The notes beneath the pieces are model-generated. The model was not told the origin of the DNA, did no database searches, and saw nothing but the letters and a program-made list of their open reading frames with translations. From Paraspadella gotoi (taxonomy: Eukaryota > Animalia > Chaetognatha): a DNA stretch of 64,000 bases. Each line of letters opens with the position of its first letter. Positions within the stretch are counted from its first letter, which is position 1. The position numbers were made by a program, and so were the translations under genes. The stretch covers positions 4,596,152-4,660,151 of the forward strand of contig CM119270.1 of assembly GCA_051294375.1 (NCBI GenBank), given 5' to 3'. Positions 12,856 through 25,900 of the stretch are shown one piece after another.

Positions 12856-14438
12856 GTTTATACGTTTTCGCTTTGGTTGTAGTGTTCTATGTTGATGACT
12901 CTTCGGNNNNNNNNNNNNNNNNNNNNNNNNNNNNNNNNNNNNNNNNNNNNNNNNNNNNNNNNNNNNNNNNNNNNNNNNNNNNNNNNNNNNNNNNNNNNNN
13001 NNNNNNNNNNNNNNNNNNNNNNNNNNNNNNNNNNNNNNNNNNNNNNNNNNNNNNNNNNNNNNNNNNNNNNNNNNNNNNNAAGTCTCGTGTTCGAGACCAG
13101 ATGGTCCAGTTAATACGTTTTCGATTTCGTCGTAGTGTTCTATGTTGATGACTCTTCGGTAGAAATGATCGGTTGATCAAGGGGCCGACAGAAAAGTTTC
13201 AAAAACAATGGAACATCCAAACAGAAGTAGGGATTAAAAGAATTGACTTTCTTAAGTTGGGATATATCATATAAAGAAGTATGAGATTTCAATTGCAAAG
13301 TCGTTTGATGGTTTAGTGTTTACTGATATATTTAGAGGAGAGAGATGGGAAAATGCGACCAAAACCACACGATTACCTCGTATGCAGACCAAGCGCTTTG
13401 GTTAGTTATTTAGAAGTCGCACGCTTACTCGTGCGAATCGCACGCAACGTTGCGCGCGCGTTATTGGCTTCGTGAAGCATCATGAGGTCGTGGTCGAAAA
13501 AGCATCGTTTATCATTACCGCTCAGAGGGATGTCATCGTCGTCGTCGTCGTCGTCGCCGTGATTTTCGTCCTTATGGCCATTGGTGCTTCATCGCGGTCA
13601 TCCTCGTCGTTGTCGTCGTCATATATTAAACTGAAAAATTTATGTAACTCACTCTACAGTGAGAGTCAGAGTCATAGTCGACAAACAATACCGTCGAAAT
13701 TTAATGGCCCCCACCCCTGGACCCGAGGAGAAAATTTCCCCTGAAGGCCCTTCCGGCCTTTTTTGGGGAACGAAATATCTTTCTTCCAAAATCTTTGTTT
13801 ATGACAAAATTCACAATTCAAGCGAATTCTTTTTACCTTTTTTACCCTCGCCGTGGCACAAGTCGATTCTTGTTGTTTTTCTTGTCATGGTTTGTTTCTC
13901 ATTTATTGTTTTTACTTTGTTTGTCATTTTCCGTCAAAAAGAAAAAGCCCTTAATCTGACAAATTAGACCGACGTAAAGCCAACAACACTGACATAAAAC
14001 CGACAAAAAAGGCGTAAAAGCCGACAAAGAAACGACTAAAAAGATGAGAGGACATAAAAAGGAGAACGTGATATAACTTGGAACGAGCGGCGTGGCAGTT
14101 ATTCCAAAAACCATCTTGTCTTACGGGAATAGGAGAAAACGTGCGAGCAATGATTGGAGTTTAATTTGTTTTGAAACGGTATGTACTATGATGTCTCATA
14201 TATTTCTCTTTTGTCTCTTATTTTCTTTCTTTTCATTTTTCCCCCTTTTCTCCTCTTCTCTCTTCTCTCACCACTTCTCTAATCTTTTATCTCTTCTTAT
14301 CTTTTCTATTTTTCTTCTCTTCTCTCTTATTTTCCTTCTTTCCATTTTTCCTCCTTTTTCCTCTTCACTTCTCTTCTACTCTTTTCGCCTCTCTTCTCCT
14401 CTCTCCCACTCTTCCTCTCTCCTCCTCTCCCCCATCAG

Positions 14439-15015
14439 ATCCCCCTCCTACCCCCTCCCCCCGTCCCCAAGCGGATCGCCTACTCAGAGGATCTCATGGG
14501 AGAAGATTCGGACGAGGAAGAGAGGAAGATGAGGAGGGAGAAGGAGGAGACGGAGAAGGAGAGAGGAGACGAAGGGGAGGAAGTGGGGNNNNNNNNNNNN
14601 NNNNNNNNNNNNNNNNNNNNNNNNNNNNNNNNNNNNNNNNNNNNNNNNNNNNNNNNNNNNNNNNNNNNNNNNNNNNNNNNNNNNNNNNNNNNNNNNNNNN
14701 NNNNNNNNNNNNNNNNNNNNNNNNNNNNNNNNNNNNNNNNNNNNNNNNNNNNNNNNNNNNNNNNNNNNNNNNNNNNNNNNNNNNNNNNNNNNNNNNNNNN
14801 NNNNNNNNNNNNNNNNNNNNNNNNNNNNNNNNNNNNNNNNNNNNNNNNNNNNNNNNNNNNNNNNNNNNNNNNNNNNNNNNNNNNNNNNNNNNNNNNNNNN
14901 NNNNNNNNNNNNNNNNNNNNNNNNNNNNNNNNNNNNNNNNNNNNNNNNNNNNNNNNNNNNNNNNNNNNNNNNNNNNNNNNNNNNNNNNNNNNNNNNNNNN
15001 NNNNNNNNNNNNNNN

Positions 15016-15051
<36 letters not shown>

Positions 15052-18000
15052 TTTTGGAGTCGTTGTCCTCTTGAGTGATTTTCTACTCAATCCTTTTCAT
15101 TTCTTCGCAAATTCTAGTGTTAAAAGATTCAATCACGAGACTTTCCTTGCCACACCAAGCGATGCCACGCTATTCCACGCTACATATGACACATCGGAAA
15201 CTAACCGTTTAAAACATACATTACATTTTAGATTTTTCATATTTTCCGTCCTTCGCTCCGTTTCACTGCTATGACGCCAAACTTTTCTATTAACTCTCGA
15301 AAGAAACATCGACTGAGATGTGAGCCTTGTGCCCTGAGCCTTAAGTCACGGGCCGTGATCCATAAAACCTAACATCTGCGCCAAGTTTTCTGCGATTCAC
15401 TGGAGTCAAAAATGTCACGGGTGATAAACTTCCAAATATGCTGATGGGATGTTGATTACGGAGAGGAAGCACGAACCACAGACATCGGATTTAATTCAAT
15501 GTGAAATGAGATGGAGTTATTCCATCTAATTTGCATATTGTAGCATTTGAGATTGCTTAAAAACAAATTCCATGTTCAAGTCGACTCTAGTTTCCTAATG
15601 GAATTCTTCTCGATGTCTTGTTCGATCATTGCAATAACTGAATAGAGAGTAAGAATAATAATAATAATAATAGTAAGAATAATAATTGAATATATATATT
15701 ATATATTTTACCTTTACGAGCCAAGTCACTAAAATTTACAATTCCATTACCCCCTCCCCCTATCTACCCCCTTTCCCCTTTCTACCCCCGTTCTCCACCA
15801 TACCCCGTTCCACTCCACATTCCTTTCTCATCCCCACTCCTGCCCACTAACACCCCATCGACCCCGCCACACTCCTCCCGTTCCACCCTCCCCATCTCCC
15901 AACAGTCTCGTCAACGCAGCATCGACGAAGGATCAGTGATGTCGACTCAGTCTTCCATCGATCACGAGGAGGCCATCCCACCCTTCACCGACGACGGGGA
16001 CATCGAGATGTGGCCAGTCATGATTCGGTTCCCCATGAAGCCCAAGGTGTGAATATGGGGACATTTGTGAGAGGAGTTGTGATAAAATGATTCTTTTGGG
16101 GCAACTAACGGTTTACGAATTGACGTTTGATGTTTGTCGGATTGCACTAAGCGCAAATGTGTTAAGCGTAATAACATGTAATCAAATATGGGTTAATGTA
16201 TCAGATGGTAATCACATGTAATTACGTAACTTTGACAGTTAATGGTAAAAAAGATTTAATACATTAGGCGTCACATCTGATCATGAGCAGACGCAGTCAG
16301 TAATGGCGACAATGAATGCAAAATAACACACCAATCGACCGTCTAAAGTCCGGGCAGCTGACTTATTCAATCAAATGATGGATAAATTAAATATACTATA
16401 GTATAATAAATTTCATAAACCTGAAAAAAATCAAACTTTGTAGTTGTTACGATTTATTCGCGTTCCGTTACTGATTCGATTAGTAGTTGTTAAAATTTAG
16501 AAAATATTTGTTATTTTGAACTTAAAATTGAATAACATCCTTTTCGTTTTTAACCTCTCAGTTATTCTCTTCTCCCCCGCCCGGTCCCTCCGCATTCCCA
16601 ACAGTCAGAAACACCCCCGACCAAAGATCCAAACTCTCGCCTCCAAAAGTCACGGGTAAGGCACGAGCGAGAGTGATAGAAAGGTGTTGGCTCTCCATCG
16701 ACGTGCCCCGGACTTGCCGTCAACTCTTACGAGAGCGAATACTCACAGAAGCCCTTCTCATTCGAACCGCTGCAGGTGAAGGGGGGTGGGGCGACGGTCT
16801 TCGGTAAGGTCGAGTGGATCCAGAGAGATGCTATTCGAAAGATGGAAGGCGGAATTCGGGTTTGAGGGGGGGGGAGGGGTTTGAGGGGGGGGAGGGGTCG
16901 AAGTCGAGGTTCTTGCAATGGAGGGATGGGTGACAGTCTTTTGGGTCGAAGGATCTGAACGCAAAGTTGGGGATTGAAATGTAATGGTAGGGTTCAACGG
17001 ACCCTTGTAAAAAATCCATTTTTTTCCTCACGCCGTTGTGAGTTTAGAATAAGAAATTATCAATGCATGGACTTTTGTTCTCGATTCTAAAACAGTTTCC
17101 CGAAAGAGGCACATGGTGATTTAAAGCCAATGAGTACACCTGTCCTAAAGTCAAAGAAAATTTTTGCTTTGGTAGGACAAGTTTCATATCTGAATCGTCC
17201 ACGAATTCAAGTACGTTAAATTAAATTGTTTTGTCACAATAATTTTCTTCAAAACTCCATTTTTTTGCGATAACTCCAAATCTTTGCATAACGCCAATCG
17301 AATCCTAAACCTGCTGTAGTCTCTGGACTGCGTGCGTGTGACGCTCCACACCAAAAAAAAAAAAAGTATTAAAATAAACATAAAAAGAGAAACATGGGCG
17401 AAAACTTTGGACTGCGATCACTTTTCCCTTCAAAATCTTCACGACGCGAAAGATCGAGTAAGAGACATCCACAAGGAATCGAAACAGCGAACGACGCCAG
17501 CGGCTGCAAAAGAACAGTAACAGCAGCCGGCGGAAGGAACCAGACGACGCAGCAGCGGACGGACGCACAGGCCAGCGCAACCCCGATCTCGTTTTTCCGG
17601 ACTGATCAAGTTTTCCAGTGGTTTCCTTGATATTTGTTTATCTGGAAGAAAAATTCGCACACGACCGCCAAGTCGCTTAGTGACGAGAAAAAGTGGGAAG
17701 AGATACGAGTAGCTTTTTTGTCTTCGATTCAAGACGACGAGTATGTTGCTTTCATTTAGCGCCTTTTGTCGAATCATATACAGTGGAGGTTAAAACTTTG
17801 TTTCTTAATTTTTCGAATATTCAAGTAGTTTTAATATTGTTGTTTATATGCGTTTATTGACTCTTTTTGGTGGGTATTCGCTCCCGAATATCAGTTTACA
17901 CAGACACTAATTTTTGTAAAGTATCAAGATAAAAAGAGTAATTAGAGTTGGTTTGCGGTTTAAAATAATAAACATAATGTATTAGGTTTAAACAAGCAAA

Positions 18001-21000
18001 AAAATGGGTTTAATATAATTAACTAATTAAATAACACACAAAAAAATGTTTTAATAAAATTAGCAGGTAGGCGAATTCAGCAGGCGCTAAGATTTTAGAA
18101 GCATGTCGACAAGCTTTCTATCGTCAATGGAAATTCGGCCCCAAAAATTAAAAATCGAAGTATTTTTAAGTTTTCATTTTTGCGAGACGCTGATCCTCAA
18201 TGTGTGAAGTACCTGGACGACTCATGCAAGGTCGGTTGCAGCCCGAGAAACAGACATAAACATAAATGTAATAAACATTTTAAAACATCAAACAATACGG
18301 AGACTCTGGATGTATCAACGACTCGCTTCCACCAAACTCAACGTGATAACATTATGCAACCGACAGAAATCCATAGACAGCATCACGAGAATCATCAAAC
18401 ATCGTGTCACGAGTCATGCAGCATCAATCAACTATACGTCATCGACGCTTCCTTTTCACCCGTAACCGTATCTCTCATCCCTCCCCCAAAGAAAAATGAA
18501 CTCCAGCGTGCCCCCTTCGCAAGAACAAGCTCTAACGCTAAAATCGACGCGGCTCCACGGCGTCGCTACCGTCACGAGGCGAGTGACTCTCTCTGCGCCT
18601 GCGACGTCAAAAGAATGCGCCGCGCGTTTCTACGTGACGTCCGACGACGAGGGCGTGCCGGCGCGCCGAACGCGACGCCAGGAGGCAGCGAAAGGGCGGG
18701 TTCTACTCGGGGCTGCGGCGCCGCCCTACGCGATTTAGATGTTGTCGAGGGGCAGATAGTCGGGTGAGGTGGGGGTGAGAGAAAAAGTGGGGGGGGCGTG
18801 TTAAGATTTGGTTAAAGGTGAGGTGGAACTACTCACTGGAACTCTGGAAACTAAATAGGATGCCCCCGATGTGGTCGGACCCATAATTAGTTGAACATGG
18901 GATTAATCATTTAATGATATTTAAACGAATTTTGTCATGGTATGTTTGTTGGACATATGGCGAAACATCCTTTTTCACCAAATCAACACAAACCTTTTCT
19001 CCACCCACACCTTAACCCACAAACTTTAACCACCTCACCACGTCCCCGCTCGACCACTCATAGCGCAAACACCCCACATTATCTCTGGCCGTCGCACGAA
19101 TTACGATCTTCCGATCATCAAGGAAACGCGTCATCCGGAAGCGACGCGAACACGAAGGCGAACGACGGCCGCGCCAATCGTCAATCGCGTGGGTCCCGTC
19201 GCCGCGTATCGAGGCGACGATGGGCGTCGAACGAACGAAAAATGACGACGAACGACGACGACGATTGCAATGTCAGGCGCCGTGGGAAATGCGGATGTCC
19301 CGCGGCGCCCAAGCGGCGAGACAGAAGGGAAAGGGAGCCGAGTGTCGGGGAATAGCGCTGAGAGGGGCGCCGAGAAAGGCGCCGGGAAGGGCGCCGGGAA
19401 GAGTCTTGGACGTCAACGCGATCAAACAAGCCTGGGCGGAAGAAAGGAAAGGAATCATCTTCATCATCCTCATCATCATCCCGTCAAAAAGAGCGGGAAA
19501 ATGGCGGGAAATAAAAGCGGTGAAATTTCGACGAACGATTACGTATTACGAGCCCGGACGAACGGCGGCAGCGGCAGCAGCGGAGCAGGGAAGCGAACCC
19601 GCGGCGGCAGCTGCGATGGAGAACAAACGAATCGCCGTCAAAGTCCTTCAACGTTAACGTCACAACAACGATAACAACAACGACAACAACAACGAGTTTA
19701 AAAAACGAGAATCCGCTCGACGACGCGACCAACCACAAACAACAGAACAACAACACAACAATATCAAACAAACAAAGCAACAACGGACTCGGTCGCCTCC
19801 TTTCCCGAAGACGGTCGTCGGCGACGAACGACGGCGACGACGATGACAGCGAGACGAAGCGATCGAAGATTCGAGAACAAAAACGGCTGAAAAAGACGAT
19901 GAAGAAAATAAAAAAGACGACGCCGACGAAGAAAAACTTTTCTTGAAACGAAAGGAAAGAGACAAGGTGTAGGAGAGATAACGATATCCTCGACCTGAGG
20001 ACGAATGGGAAGGACGACGACGACGACGACGGAGACGACGACGATGCGACGAAAGGAAGAAAAGAAGGAAAAAGCGACGAAGAGCAGACGGGAGATAGAC
20101 GGAAGATGACGTTGACGAAAGAGAGAAACGAAGAGGACGAGAGAAGACGACGCGACGACGACGAATGAGGACGACGAAGAAGATGAACGAAGGAAGAATA
20201 GGACCACCGGGGCCGCCAAAGCCGACAATCTCCCAAGAGCGCGCGAAGGCGAGCTGGTGACAAAATTGGCGGCGCAGAGTCAGAAAAAGGAACGTTGAAG
20301 CCTTCGCGTAATAAGCGCTCAGAACTCCGGAAGAGTGCCTTCAGTCGAGAGAGATCCCAATAGCCGCCAAGAAATTTAAAAAACCGTGGTAGGAGCCCTG
20401 TTAAAAGTTCTTACGATAAACCGGTCACGAAGGGAACAATGAAGCCGGCATAACTAATACGTCGAGGCTTGGTAACTCCCTTACAAAATAGATTACCCTC
20501 GTCAGAGCCCAACAGAGAAAAATGACGATGAGGAAAATAATAAACATCAGCGCTGAAGAAACCGCGGCAAAAAGTCCGGCCCAAAGGGTGGCAGCTAAAG
20601 GGCGGTAAAAGTCCGGCTAAAGGCGGCCAAGAAATCAAAAATCTCGCCTCTCCCGACAAAGAGGTAGGGAAAGGAAGGAAAAAAGGGGAAAAGAAAGGAA
20701 AGAAAAAAGGAAAAGGAAAGAAAGAGAATGACTGACGACGTGACGGCGACGGTCATGAAAGAAGACGAACGAAAAAGCAGCGGAGGAGGCTGCGGCTGCA
20801 GCAGCTGCGGGCGGCTGCGGCGGGCTGGCGGCGGAAGCTGAACGGCAAGCGCAGGCGACTCTCGGCAGCCTGCCGCCTATTCCCGCCGGAAGTCGACGAA
20901 GAACTTTGGTCCTTGGCGACCTCAGTGCTGCTACTGTCGCAATCTTGAGGGAAAATATGAGGGGGAAAGGACACACACCTTCAACGTCGCCTTTCAAGAA

Positions 21001-22949
21001 GATGCTGTTGAATCTGGAGGATGTCCAACCGATCGTCCATCTCTCTCGAGAATTTGTGTCGCGAGATAAACTTGAAAAACAAACCGCTCGTCAAATTCGC
21101 CTTGAAAAAAAAACGTAATTTTAGAAAAAGAAATAACATTTTCGAAATGCTGTTTTTTTTCGTGATTCTAACAAAAGAATGAAAAATATTTTCAAGATTT
21201 TATCTTTACAATTGTATAATTCTCAAAGAAGTTGAGTTTCGTGAATAGCAATAATGATATAATTTCAATTTCACGGTTTAATTATTCTTTGCTGCGCAAT
21301 GAATAAGTAAACAAAACTTGGTCGAGTGGACCACAGTTTTTGGATAAAAAGTCCGAGCCCAAGGTGAAAACAGACATTTTTAGGGAAATTTTTTTTTTTT
21401 AAATTTAACTTTTTTCTAAAAATTAATTTTTGTTAAGCGCGACTTTCAACATTTCCGAAATCGCGCTGCAACAATTACACGAATACGGAAAAATCTTTAC
21501 GCTGAAATTCAATTCGTCTACTACAGAGAAAAACTAGGACTCAAAGCGATCGGATACCGGAGAAATGTGCAGAGGTGATTGGCTGAAACTTAGAATGGCG
21601 AAGATGATTGGGCGAACAAATTAGAGAAATGCTTTGAAAATGCGCGCGAATGGAAATATTAATGAAATTTTTAATTTCGTTATAACAATTTTATTTTTTT
21701 GAAAAATTCATCCCAACGTGGAAGATTGTGGAAAACGACCGAAGTCATTCAAGAAAACGCGTTGGTCAGAATGGTCGAACGCACAGGCCAAGAACGCTAG
21801 GTAAACTTCATTGGTAACAATCCCGAAATATAGATTGACAGTTATAACAAATTGTACGTGCTTTTGGAAGAATCTGGAAGTACACTTAGCGCTTGAAAAG
21901 CAAGTGTTTATTTTGTTCAAAAAAGCGCTGTTTCATGTTTGAGTTTTTGGAAATACTTAATTACTAATATCTAATCAAATACTTAATTACTAATAATCTA
22001 ATCTAATCACTCCCCTAATGACCGTAAACAAGGAGGTTTCAAGTTCGGGACGATGGATTATCCAGCAATTCGAGCCGTGAAGAAGAAAATTTGGAAGAAT
22101 TGCATGATGTCCGAGTCAACCAACGCTTCCAGGGAACAACAGGTTAGAAATTATTCTGTGCTTGCGAATTAGTTAGTTTTTTTCTTTTTAGTTTTCAATT
22201 TTTCATATTATTGACTTTTTCATATTCTCTATATCAGGCCATTTTATTTCATTTTTTAAATTACGTAACAGTTTTAGAAAACAAAAGAATTGTAATTAGC
22301 GCGTTAAGCGTTCGCTCTGAGTTTGATTTCATCCCAAAACTAAACGTGAATAATTCATATAATTTGCCTTTTGCGTATTTAACAGGCAATGACGCTAACA
22401 CTAGAGGTTGAACAGAAGGTAAGAATAACTAAGAAGACTGCACACGAAAAAAAAATTTTTTTCTTAATTTCCGACTTCTAAGTCCAAAAATATTTTCTCC
22501 CCTGCATTTTCGACGGTTGTTCCTTGACACGACTCTTCTCGACTGCAATTTCTTGGCTCAATATTTAAACAAGATTAACCAATTTAATAAAAATAATACA
22601 ACGTAAGGATAATGTGTTCATATTAGCGATTAGCATGAGTAAAGAAAAAAATATTAGTGAAATTAACCTGAAGTCTTAGTTCGTATTGGGGTATTCGTGT
22701 TTTGACACAGTTTATGCCGTTCGTGAGTAGGCAATAATGGTCTCAAACCCATATCTTACTAAACTCTGTTGATATATTAAACCAAAATGTAGAAATAAAT
22801 TCTAATAACAGTGTTCTTATTGTTTGTTTTGTTGTGAAACGTAATTTATTCTAAACACTTAATAAATTTCTTATGAAGAAAACGCGCCGGGGTCTCTCTC
22901 TCTCTCGCGCTCTCTCTCTCTCTCTCTCTCCGTCCTCTCCGTCTCTCTC

Positions 22950-22982
<33 letters not shown>

Positions 22983-25900
22983 TCATCGTCTGGTCTCATG
23001 CCAGGTTCAATTGAACCTCACTCGCCGACCTTTCCCTCTCGCCACGTGAACATTGCCGCTATACGTAAATTCCCTTCACACCTCATAGAACCGCACATTA
23101 TTTAACAAAACATTTTATCGCTATTACCTCCATAAGAGTTTTGGTTTTAAAACGAATAAAAAATTATAATATAATAATTTTTTTTTATATAATAATATAA
23201 CAATTCAAATACAAGCATAGATTTAACATAGTAAGATATAATATGGTTCAATCATCAAGTCTATTTTTATAAAATAATTTCACATTCACTATCTTTTCTC
23301 CTAAAAATCTTTTATACCCATCTACTTAGTATAACTCCGGCCGTATTTTCGAAAAGGGATCCATTTCAGCTTAAATTCAGAATCGAAGTTAAAAGTTAAG
23401 TTAAAGATTTGGTTAAAAATTTGGTTAAAAGATTAAAGGCGAGTTAAAGGATTTGAATCAAGGGATAAGTTGTGAATCCGGTTATTAATTAAGGTTTGTG
23501 ATTGGGTTAAGGATTAGCAATAGGGATTAGCTTAATATTTGGTAAAAAGATTAAGAATAAATACTTTAAATAAAATCTAAAATTAATATTCATGGATTCA
23601 GGGAACAGAAATGGGGCGCTTTGGAAAATAAGTGGTCGTGTATCTATTTCCAGTTGAACGCCAGCCCTTATTTCCCCTCTCGCCCCTCTCCCCCCCCCCC
23701 CTCGAATTTCATCTACAACCCAAGAAGAAGATTTCAGGTCACGTGGTCGACGAGTACAGAGCCGCAGGTGGACAAGACGGGGACCGTCACCTTTCAGTCT
23801 GCAAGTCAGGATAATTACTGCTCGCCTTCTTGTCGGTAAGGAAGGATTGAATTAATGAATGAATGAATGAATTGAATGAATGAAATGAATGGAAGAATGA
23901 ATGAATGAAAGAATGAATGAATGAATGAATGAATGAATGAATGAATGATGAAATGAAAAATAGTATAAAATGCATGCATGAAATTGATTGAAGGAAGATT
24001 AAAAAGTGTTTGTAAATTTACACTATTTACACAGGTCGTTAATGAACTATAACTACAACTATAAGTATTATAAATAAAAGATTTCATTCAGACATGCCGG
24101 ACGTGGAGAGTACGGGATCAACAGACAGGGAGAGCAGAGGCAAAGAAATCGTTGGGAGACATGACATTATCCCCATTAAAGACCGAAGAATGGAATTCGG
24201 CTCATCGATCAGGAATTCATCCTGGCGAGTAAGATCAATCAATCGATCAACCAATCAAACCAATCAATCATAACNNNNNNNNNNNNNNNNNNNNNNNNNA
24301 AATGATTCTTTTGGGGCAACTAACGGTTTACGAATTGACGTTGATGTTTGTCGGATGCCTAAGGCAAATGTGTTAAGTAATAAATGTAATCAATATGGTT
24401 AATGTATCAGATGTAATCAATGTAATTTACGTAATTGACGTTAATGTAAAAAAGATTTCAAATTAGCGTCACATCTGCTCAATGAGCAGCGCGTCAGTAA
24501 TGGCGACAATGAATGCAAAATAACACACCATCGACCGTCTAAAGTCAGGGGCAAGCTGACTTATTCATCAAATGAATGGATAATTATATNNNNNNNNNNN
24601 NNNNNNNNNNNNNNNNNNNNNNNNNNNNNNNNNNNNNNNNNNNNNNNNNNNNNNNNNNNNNNNNNNNNNNNNNNNNNNNNNNNNNNNNNNNNNNNNNNNN
24701 NNNNNNNNNNNNNNNNNNNNNNNNNNNNNNNNNNNNNNNNNNNNNNNNNNNNNNNNNNNNNNNNNNNNNNNNNNNNNNNNNNNNNNNNNNNNNNNNNNNN
24801 NNNNNNNNNNNNNNNNNNNNNNNNNNNNNNNNNNNNNNNNNNNNNNNNNNNNNNNNNNNNNNNNNNNNNNNNNNNNNNNNNNNNNNNNNNNNNNNNNNNN
24901 NNNNNNNNNNNNNNNNNNNNNNNNNNNNNNNNNNNNNNNNNNNNNNNNNNNNNNNNNNNNNNNNNNNNNNNNNNNNNNNNNNNNNNNNNNNNNNNNNNNN
25001 NNNNNNNNNNNNNNNNNNNNNNNNNNNNNNNNNNNNNNNNNNNNNNNNNNNNNNNNNNNNNNNNNNNNNNNNNNNNNNNNNNNNNNNNNNNNNNNNNNNN
25101 NNNNNNNNNNNNNNNNNNNNNNNNNNNNNNNNNNNNNNNNNNNNNNNNNNNNNNNNNNNNNNNNNNNNNNNNNNNNNNNNNNNNNNNNNNNNNNNNNNNN
25201 NNNNNNNNNNNNNNNNNNNNNNNNNNNNNNNNNNNNNNNNNNNNNNNNNNNNNNNNNNNNNNNNNNNNNNNNNNNNNNNNNNNNNNNNNNNNNNNNNNNN
25301 NNNNNNNNNNNNNNNNNNNNNNNNNNNNNNNNNNNNNNNNNNNNNNNNNNNNNNNNNNNNNNNNNNNNNNNNNNNNNNNNNNNNNNNNNNNNNNNNNNNN
25401 NNNNNNNNNNNNNNNNNNNNNNNNNNNNNNNNNNNNNNNNNNNNNNNNNNNNNNNNNNNNNNNNNNNNNNNNNNNNNNNNNNNNNNNNNNNNNNNNNNNN
25501 NNNNNNNNNNNNNNNNNNNNNNNNNNNNNNNNNNNNNNNNNNNNNNNNNNNNNNNNNNNNTAAATAAAATTGTTTTTGTCACAAAATTTTCTTTCAAAAC
25601 TCCATTTTTTCGATAAAAATCTTTGCATACGCAACAATCCTACCTTATTGGATGCGCGTTACGCCAAACAAAAAACAAAAAAAATTATTAAAATAATAAA
25701 AAGAGAAACATGGGCGAAAACTTTGGACTGCGTCACTTTTCCCTTCAAAATCTTCGTCGCGAAAATCGTACGAAGTCCAAAAGGATCGAAACAGCGACGA
25801 CGCAGCGGCTGCAAAAGACGATACAGCAGCCGGCGGAAGGACCGACGACGCAGCAGCGGACGACGCACGCAGCGCAACCCGATCTCGTTTCCGGACTGAT

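Noticed and set aside
13472-13800. Possible exon(s) in a moderately GC-rich patch
   Set aside because: No convincing frame, splice pair or motif on either strand.
8604-16046. Drosophila-like dicistronic stoned A/stoned B arrangement
   Set aside because: The DPF and acidic/proline-rich exons are suggestive, but a gap at 14589-15015 hides the region and no intercistronic stop is visible.
24561-25637. Long ORFs of 340-360 aa (also 14494-15090 and 12834-13180)
   Set aside because: They consist of N-gap translated as X.
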